From the NCBI GenBank assembly GCA_052168235.1, contig JBQLZK010000016.1, positions 1 to 64,000 of the forward strand: a DNA stretch of 64,000 bases. The letters are read 5' to 3'. Below, one piece after another: positions 57,477-64,000 of this stretch. This DNA is from Thainema sp. (lineage in GTDB: Bacteria; Cyanobacteriota; Cyanobacteriia; Phormidesmidales; Phormidesmidaceae). Each line of letters starts with the position of its first letter. The first letter of the stretch is position 1. The translations under genes were made by a program, and so were the position numbers. The notes under the pieces were generated by a model. That model was not told the DNA's origin. It saw only the letters and a list, made by a program, of their open reading frames with translations, and made no database searches.

Positions 57477-59018
57477 CTAGCGGCGGACTGAACTGGGCGA
57501 GTAAGCATTACCTGCCATATTCGAACCACTGTTCAACGCAGCCGTTACCTGCGCTCTCGACATGCCAGCTTGGATCATTGGGCTGTAGAGTAGCTGAATC
57601 ACTTTGCGGTCAAGCGCTGTATAAGCCGTCGTATCCGTCCAGCCCTGGTAGAAAATGCTGTCTGGATAGCGATAGGAGTCTTGCAAGAGGCCCATTGCCT
57701 GGGTCAATTCTTCGCGAATTAAGTGCGATCGCTCTTGCTGATTGACTCCCGTTGTTGAAATCAAAATACTGGCACTGGAAATCCGGTAGTTATTCCAGCG
57801 CACCCAGGCGTAGCCCATGTTCACAGGACGATAGTTCGGTTCATAGCGGCTGAACTGCTGCTCTGGCACAAAATACATTTCGACATTGGGATTTTGATCC
57901 ACGATTTGCATCCGGATGCTTAAGTTCATGCCGTTGATTTCATCAACGATGCTGCGCAGCGTTTGCAGATCGGCAGCCGTTGGGTTGCCGTTGACTCGAA
58001 TTCGAATGTCTGATTCCCACTTACGAACCACTTCGGCACTGTTATTAAACTCAGCCTCCATTGCAATTTCCAAAAAATAATCAATCACAGATGCGTCATA
58101 GGTAGGCATCACAGGAGACTCCATCCTCGGAGTTGGTCGCACAAACGCGGTTTCTGTTTCTGTAACGCGAGATGGGGACACAGCCGATGGCGCTACTGTG
58201 GATACAGTCGTTGTTAGCTCTGACCCTACCCGTTCAGTTGCCTCGGTGGTGACGCGCATCGTACCTGCACGGGGGAAAGATTGGGATGGACGGCTTAAAA
58301 GTGCAGCCCCTGGATTAGATTGGTTCCTATAGACTGATTGATTAAAGGTGGTGGGCTGGGAGGCTGTTGGTTGATAGATAGACTGACTAGAGGCTGACGG
58401 CTGATAGGTAGGTTGGCGGAGGCCTGATTGATTACCCAATTGACGATAAATGGATTGATTTTGATAGCTCGCCTGATTCTGATAAACAGGAGCTTGATTA
58501 ACTTGATTTAAGTAGGTCGAATTTTGATCAGTCAGTTGGCCATAGTTTGCCTGACCATAGCCTAGCTGCTCGTAACCGGACTGACTATAACCTTGTGTAT
58601 AACCGGATTGACTATAAGCAGACTGGCGGGCAGTCGCTGGATTTTGATAAACCGATTGACCGTAGCCTGACTGATTTTGATCAGTAAAATTTTGATAGCT
58701 GGAATTTTGATCAACCGACTGAGATGAAAACTCGCGTAGGCGTTCCCCGCGTTGATATACCGCTGAGTTATAGACCGTTGCCGGGCGTTGCCCTGTAGCG
58801 GATGGGTTGCTCTGATAATTAGCTCCGGCAGAGCGGTTGACGGGATTCTGGAAAATAATTTCTCCCCGGTTCTGGAAAAACTGACCGTTAGCGGCAGTTT
58901 GGGCGACTGATGGTAAGGCTCCAGCCAATGTTAGGAACGTAGATGATAGTCCAAGTGCGATCGCATAGGTTCGGGTCATCTGTGGGTTGGTCAATATATT
59001 CCGGCAAAACTGTCTCAC
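57477..59018 (-). CDS. Exported DUF2927 protein with Q/N/S/Y-rich N-terminal region
   Basis: Signal-like N-terminus; VRKW, HLIREELTQAMGL, DSIFY, LLYSP; start may be the ATG 13 codons in. Confidence 0.8.
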   Translation of the reverse strand: MRQFCRNILTNPQMTRTYAIALGLSSTFLTLAGALPSVAQTAANGQFFQNRGEIIFQNPVNRSAGANYQSNPSATGQRPATVYNSAVYQRGERLREFSSQSVDQNSSYQNFTDQNQSGYGQSVYQNPATARQSAYSQSGYTQGYSQSGYEQLGYGQANYGQLTDQNSTYLNQVNQAPVYQNQASYQNQSIYRQLGNQSGLRQPTYQPSASSQSIYQPTASQPTTFNQSVYRNQSNPGAALLSRPSQSFPRAGTMRVTTEATERVGSELTTTVSTVAPSAVSPSRVTETETAFVRPTPRMESPVMPTYDASVIDYFLEIAMEAEFNNSAEVVRKWESDIRIRVNGNPTAADLQTLRSIVDEINGMNLSIRMQIVDQNPNVEMYFVPEQQFSRYEPNYRPVNMGYAWVRWNNYRISSASILISTTGVNQQERSHLIREELTQAMGLLQDSYRYPDSIFYQGWTDTTAYTALDRKVIQLLYSPMIQAGMSRAQVTAALNSGSNMAGNAYSPSSVRR

Positions 59019-59795
59019 ACGGCCCCCTTCTGATTCTGGATATGATTCTGAACAACATGGTTGATTTCAACAGATGCCCCGTTGCAGTGAGTGACGTGAA
59101 AACGGGGAATGTTGTGTCCAAATTTTTCACAGGTGGAGGAGCGCAACTATATCGATGCGTGAGACTTCTGCAATTGGTCAGGATTTGAACCTGTTTTACA
59201 AAGTATGACGTTGGCCGAAATGGTCGGTAAATCAGGTGTTTCCCTACGGTGATCCGTAATTTCCCTAGGCCGATGTATTGTTAGGGAATTTAGGGGCAAT
59301 TCTGTTTGTGGCACACAGGTTGGAACAGGCTGGGTACGTTTATCTTTGGCTGGTATCACCCACCTTGGTACATAAAGCCTTGGTACATCAAGATGCTCAG
59401 CAAAGCGAACAGGATTAGCCGCTGTAGACTCTCATGTCGCCATTAATCGCTGATCAATCGCTACTCTGCCGCACGGTATCTGGATAAGTGGCCACTTTTT
59501 TTGCCCAGATTCCAATATTCCAGTTGGTGTAACGGGATACTTTGCGGGAACATCAAGCTGCTAGTGTGAGTAGCCAGATCGTTAAGATTCGTCAGGTAAT
59601 GATTGACAGATGAATCCAAACTGCGATCGCAGTTCTACACTATGTACCACTATGTAGCGATGCAAACTGTAAGGAGTTGCAGTGGCTTTGCAAACTATAA
59701 AGATGTGAATTACTGCCAAATTGAGGGATTTCGATCTCACCCATCTGGCATGATTATGAGGACACGCTCAGACTAACGCAACCTGTTTACTTATC

Positions 59796-61607
59796 ATGGC
59801 TATCATTGTCCAAAAATTTGGAGGCACCTCCGTCGGTACCGTCGAACGTATTCAAGCCGTAGCACAGCGCGTCAAACGCACCGCTGACGCAGGCAACACC
59901 GTTGTCGTCGTCGTCTCGGCAATGGGTAAAACAACCGATGGCCTCGTTAAACTCGCTAACGATATCTCTGCAAATCCCAGTCGGCGAGAAATGGACATGC
60001 TGCTCTCCACCGGCGAGCAGGTTTCAATCGCGCTACTCAGCATGGCGCTACAGGAAATCGGCCAGCCAGCCATTTCGATGACGGGTGCTCAGGTGGGAAT
60101 TGTCACCGAAGCTGAACATACCCGTGCCCGCATTTTGAAGATTGAAACCGAGCGGCTCACCCAGCATCTCAATGAGGGCAAAGTAGTTGTGGTAGCCGGA
60201 TTCCAGGGAATCAGCAACACGCCCAATTTGGAAATCACCACGCTGGGTCGCGGCGGTTCCGACACCTCAGCTGTGGCACTGGCGGCGGCACTCCAGGCCG
60301 ACTGTTGTGAAATTTATACCGATGTGCCGGGCATTCTCACCACTGATCCGCGCATTGTGCCAGAAGCACAGTTGATGACTGAAATCACCTGCGATGAAAT
60401 GCTAGAGCTGGCTAGCTTGGGTGCCAAGGTGCTACACCCTCGCGCAGTGGAAATTGCTCGCAACTATGGGGTTGATTTGGTCGTTCGTTCAAGCTGGAGC
60501 GATGATCCGGGAACACGGGTGGTTTCGCCCGTGCCGCAACCGCGTCCCCTAGAGGGCTTGGAGATTACTCATCCAGTTGATGGCGTAGAGTTTGATACCG
60601 ATCAGGCGAAGGTGGCGCTGCTCCGCATTCCTGACCGACCGGGGGTGGCAGCGCAGCTCTTTGGTGAAATTGCCCAGCAGGATTTAGACGTTGACCTAAT
60701 TATTCAGTCGATTCATGAAGGCAACACCAACGACATCGCGTTTACAGTCATACGCAACAACTTGAATCGGGCGGAAGCGGTGGCAGCTGCGATCGCACCT
60801 GTTCTGCGCAACTCCACTGATCCGACAAGTGCAGAAGCGGAGGTCATGGTCGATCGGCAAATGGCCAAAGTCAGCATCGCGGGGGCAGGCATGATTGGTC
60901 GTCCCGGTGTGGCAGCGCAGATGTTCATCACTCTGGCAGAAGCGGGCGTTAATATTCAGATGATTTCCACCTCAGAAGTGAAGGTAAGCTGTGCGATTGA
61001 TGTAGCCGATTGCGATCGCGCAATTGCCGCTCTCTGCCAAACCTTTGATGTCAAAAGCTCGTCAATGACGCCGCCGATTGCTCAGTCCACTACTCAGCAT
61101 CCACCTGTACGAGGAGCTGCACTGGATCTCAAGCAGGCCCGTCTTGCCATCCGGCATGTACCGGATCAACCCGGTATGGCAGCCCGCATCTTTAAACTGC
61201 TGGCCGATCGCAACATCAGCGTTGACATGATTATTCAGTCGCAGCGCTGCCGACTAGTGAATGGTATTGCCACCCGCGATATTGCCTGCACTGTAGCCCA
61301 GACCGATGCCGAAGAAGCACGTATGGTACTGGCCGATATGGCTGCGGAAATGGGCTATGCCGACGTTACTGTCGATGCCGAAATTGCCAAGGTGAGTATC
61401 GTCGGCATTGGCATGGTGGGCCAACCAGGGGTGGCCGCAAAAATGTTCCGCGCCCTCGCTGCCGAGCAAATCAACATCCAAATGATTGCCACATCGGAAA
61501 TTAAGATTAGCTGCGTCGTCAGCGAAATGGACGGAGCCAAAGCACTGAAAGCGATTCACGATGTCTTTGGCCTGTCGGGGAAAACACAAGTTCAAGTACC
61601 GGCATAA
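59796..61607 (+). CDS. lysC: Aspartate kinase, cyanobacterial four-ACT type
   Basis: VQKFGGTSV, VVSAMG, TLGRGGSD, YTDVPG, duplicated ACT pairs ending TSE.K.SC. Confidence 0.96.
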   Translation: MAIIVQKFGGTSVGTVERIQAVAQRVKRTADAGNTVVVVVSAMGKTTDGLVKLANDISANPSRREMDMLLSTGEQVSIALLSMALQEIGQPAISMTGAQVGIVTEAEHTRARILKIETERLTQHLNEGKVVVVAGFQGISNTPNLEITTLGRGGSDTSAVALAAALQADCCEIYTDVPGILTTDPRIVPEAQLMTEITCDEMLELASLGAKVLHPRAVEIARNYGVDLVVRSSWSDDPGTRVVSPVPQPRPLEGLEITHPVDGVEFDTDQAKVALLRIPDRPGVAAQLFGEIAQQDLDVDLIIQSIHEGNTNDIAFTVIRNNLNRAEAVAAAIAPVLRNSTDPTSAEAEVMVDRQMAKVSIAGAGMIGRPGVAAQMFITLAEAGVNIQMISTSEVKVSCAIDVADCDRAIAALCQTFDVKSSSMTPPIAQSTTQHPPVRGAALDLKQARLAIRHVPDQPGMAARIFKLLADRNISVDMIIQSQRCRLVNGIATRDIACTVAQTDAEEARMVLADMAAEMGYADVTVDAEIAKVSIVGIGMVGQPGVAAKMFRALAAEQINIQMIATSEIKISCVVSEMDGAKALKAIHDVFGLSGKTQVQVPA

Positions 61608-61695
61608 TACGAGTGAAGGAATGATGTCTTGCCGCGTAAGCTTAACTCACGGACAAAAGCGCAGCGCATTACCTTTTTGGCCTAACGAAGAGAAT

Positions 61696-62592
61696 TTACC
61701 AATTGCGCCAACCGCCGGACATTGTGGCGGCATCTGTCTTGTCGTCGCTACGATTCGATTTAACCGTGAGGTCTCGCCGCAGCAGTCGCTCGTAGTCTTG
61801 GGTGCTGGCCCAGCGATCGATTTCACGTGCTCGCAGTACCGGAACTGGATGCGTCAAATCACGGGTACGAACTTGCTTCAGCATTTCGCCAATTTCGGAT
61901 TTGCTGATGTCGTCGTAGGAGCGAGCCTGCTCCAAAAATGCGTCTAAATTGAGCTGAGATGATAGCGTTGGTGAACCACCCGCTAGCTTCATCAGTACCG
62001 AGGCGACGACTCTGGAATTTTGAGTGGCAAGCAGAGCCGCGCGATCGCAGGTGAACTCAGCACAGCGCACCCACTCCAAAATACTGGCCTGTAGGTTGTC
62101 GGCTAGCAGTCCGCCCCACGGCATCGGTAACTGGCCTGCCGCCAGCGTAATTAAATTAGCTAGCGTCAAATAAACGCTGTGGTCACACTTGAGATGGCCC
62201 AGTTCGTGGGCAATCACCGCTTGAGTCTCTTCCGGCGTCAGTAAATCAATCAGCGACGTATGCAGTACCACAAACGGCTGCTTACCCCGCATGGCAAATG
62301 TATAGGCATTGGGAACAGGATGCTGCCGCACATACAGTTCGGGTGGCTCTAAATCAAGCGTCTTGCAGGCATCTATCAGCAAATGATGGAGCTGAGGAAG
62401 CTGATTCTCACCAACTCGCACTCCAGAGGCTAGGTTTTCAATCTGAAAAACTTGCTCACCCACAGAACCAATCAAGCTGCGAACCAATAAGTCTAGTCCT
62501 GGTAGCTGCTTCAGTGAATGGGTGGCTTCTAAATCGAGGGGATGACGAAAATGATCCGCTTTGAGACCCACAAGCGTTGTCTTAGATGGCAT
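61696..62592 (-). CDS. M48 zinc metallopeptidase
   Basis: PNAYT, AHELGH, EFTCDR, THP. Confidence 0.92.
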   Translation of the reverse strand: MPSKTTLVGLKADHFRHPLDLEATHSLKQLPGLDLLVRSLIGSVGEQVFQIENLASGVRVGENQLPQLHHLLIDACKTLDLEPPELYVRQHPVPNAYTFAMRGKQPFVVLHTSLIDLLTPEETQAVIAHELGHLKCDHSVYLTLANLITLAAGQLPMPWGGLLADNLQASILEWVRCAEFTCDRAALLATQNSRVVASVLMKLAGGSPTLSSQLNLDAFLEQARSYDDISKSEIGEMLKQVRTRDLTHPVPVLRAREIDRWASTQDYERLLRRDLTVKSNRSDDKTDAATMSGGWRNW

Positions 62593-62692
62593 AACGATTG
62601 CACAAAATAACGTGATAAAGCGCCGCTACGCCTAGTATAGCGATCTCCAACTGGTGCAGGTTTAGACTGCACAGCCAAGCAAGTCAATTGAT

Positions 62693-63415
62693 TCAGCATC
62701 CTTCAAAGATAGGGGTCTGCAAGTGAGGCAAAGCAGAAGCGCTAACACCCTCGACGAGGGTGCGTCGCAGCATTGGATTATCACGATGGGAAAATCCGGC
62801 TTCACTATCGGGGTGAAAGACGACAGCCGTTAAGCCCTTGTCGCCTGTACAAAACCGATGCTCATAGTCTGCGGGAATTAAAAAAATATCCCCCGGCGCG
62901 ATCGCATCACCCCCTTCTGGCGTCTCAATATACCCCTCACCACCCACCACAATGCCGATGCGGTAGCTGGGATGAGTGTGTGCAGTTTGCTCAATTTGAG
63001 GTGGCAGATACATGGCGTGCAGGCAAGGCTCTCCCAGCAGGGGCGGCGGAATCAACACGCTATTAGTGCCGCCGTTGATATAGGCCAAGCGTCCCCGCTC
63101 TTCAATTGGCCCTCCTAAACTAAACACGCCAGCATAGTCAGGGCACGTAATCACGATTCCGGCTGAGGTGGTGCCGTCGAGAACGCCCGCTGCGGGTAAG
63201 CAAAAGTACATGCCAGCTTGCAGGGGAAAAGGCGGCTGAGCCGAGCGATCGCCCCGGTGCAGTTTAGCCTCGCCTTGAAAGACATAGCCAAAATGAGTGC
63301 CCGTTGATGAAAGCTGAAGCGTTGTTTGCTGCCAGCTTCTGAGCGTGGCGGGCAAAATACCGTGGCTTAAATCTTGACAGTGGGGACTGTGAACGGAAAA
63401 GAGCTTCAACGTCAT
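62693..63415 (-). CDS. Cupin-domain protein
   Basis: QTAHTHPS.RIGIV..GEG...PGDIFLIPADYEHRF; ATGA-coupled to upstream gene. Confidence 0.8.
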   Translation of the reverse strand: MTLKLFSVHSPHCQDLSHGILPATLRSWQQTTLQLSSTGTHFGYVFQGEAKLHRGDRSAQPPFPLQAGMYFCLPAAGVLDGTTSAGIVITCPDYAGVFSLGGPIEERGRLAYINGGTNSVLIPPPLLGEPCLHAMYLPPQIEQTAHTHPSYRIGIVVGGEGYIETPEGGDAIAPGDIFLIPADYEHRFCTGDKGLTAVVFHPDSEAGFSHRDNPMLRRTLVEGVSASALPHLQTPIFEGC

Positions 63416-64000
63416 AACAAATGTTTCGGAGGTTGAGGAGCTGCGATCGGTGCAAATAGCGCTGCCTGCAATTCTCGGCGTCCCTTAGGAGAGAGCATAC
63501 AGCCATCGCTATTGAGGCATTCCACCAAGAGCTGGGTGGTGTGGTAGTACTGTTTGAGCTGTTCTTTCTCGGCGGGGTTGAACTGCCACGATCGCCCGAT
63601 GTGATGCCGATGTTTGGCGAATTCTCGGGCTTTGTCGGCAATTTCTCTCACGGTTTCATCGTCCTCCGAGTGTCCTTTGAGCCGCTGCAACAGCATTTTC
63701 AGGGTGTCGCGTTCGCTGGCATCCAGACTGCGAGAGTCAAGGGCAATATTGATGGCAATTAGCATCACCGCATTGGCCGAAGGGGCTGCCGTAATTTTGG
63801 CGGTCGGGTCAGTCACATTCTCATCATAGGCTTGGGTGATGGCAATCGCTTCAGCCAGACTGATTTCATCCATCATGCGGGTGAGAAAGCTAGCGCAAAC
63901 CAGGCGATTGGCGGTGCGATCAATGGCTAGGGCGACGGTACGGTTTTCATCAATATCAAAATCAATGTCGAAGCAAAAGGCCCGTACTGCAGCGGGTTTG
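63412..64000 (-). CDS. 3' part of a probable NACHT NTPase gene (truncated by window edge)
   Basis: Frame open to the edge (KPAAVRAFCF...); tail HHIGRSWQF...LKQYYHTTQLLVECLNSD typical of cyanobacterial NACHT C-terminal helical domains; P-loop not in window. Confidence 0.65.
   Translation of the reverse strand, partial: KPAAVRAFCFDIDFDIDENRTVALAIDRTANRLVCASFLTRMMDEISLAEAIAITQAYDENVTDPTAKITAAPSANAVMLIAINIALDSRSLDASERDTLKMLLQRLKGHSEDDETVREIADKAREFAKHRHHIGRSWQFNPAEKEQLKQYYHTTQLLVECLNSDGCMLSPKGRRELQAALFAPIAAPQPPKHLL

Larger units (their letters stand above)
1..64000. repeat. HIP1 octamer GCGATCGC dispersed throughout, usually as TGCGATCGCA
   Basis: Dozens of copies, e.g. near 4419, 9548, 13430, 24498, 33924, 52401, 60789. 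Confidence 0.95.

Noticed and set aside
1..64000. CRISPR array, tRNA, rRNA or autonomous transposase
   Set aside because: Repeats are dispersed palindromes without regular repeat-spacer periodicity; no cloverleaf, rRNA or DDE/HUH ORF recognised

Overview
Core chromosomal segment of a cyanobacterium, judged from very frequent HIP1 octamers GCGATCGC plus crtR, ycf54, pgr5 and a four-ACT aspartate kinase. About 50 CDSs, mostly housekeeping or conserved hypothetical: pdxJ, aroH, avtA, glgP, acs, recJ, lysC, a urate-degradation operon hpxO-uraH-uraD, an AtzG/AtzE-like amidase pair, a CNT nucleoside transporter, a hicB-hicA pair, a glycosyltransferase/acetyltransferase cluster, a hybrid kinase-adenylate cyclase and a truncated NACHT-type gene at the right edge. 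I saw no rRNA, tRNA, CRISPR array or transposase. Most notable: (1) RecJ carries a ~440-aa C-terminal extension ending in a HEPN-like domain (RNTAAH); (2) intergenic DNA is crowded with ~80-110-bp non-autonomous inverted-repeat elements of several families and long hairpins whose arms are unrelated but whose apex is repeatedly GC-NNN-GC, often a GNA triloop, and several elements begin exactly in the stop codon of the neighbouring gene; (3) a triple HLR1 site over the pgr5 promoter and NtcA-type sites before hpxO and nupC. All protein calls are from motif recognition by eye, with no database search.
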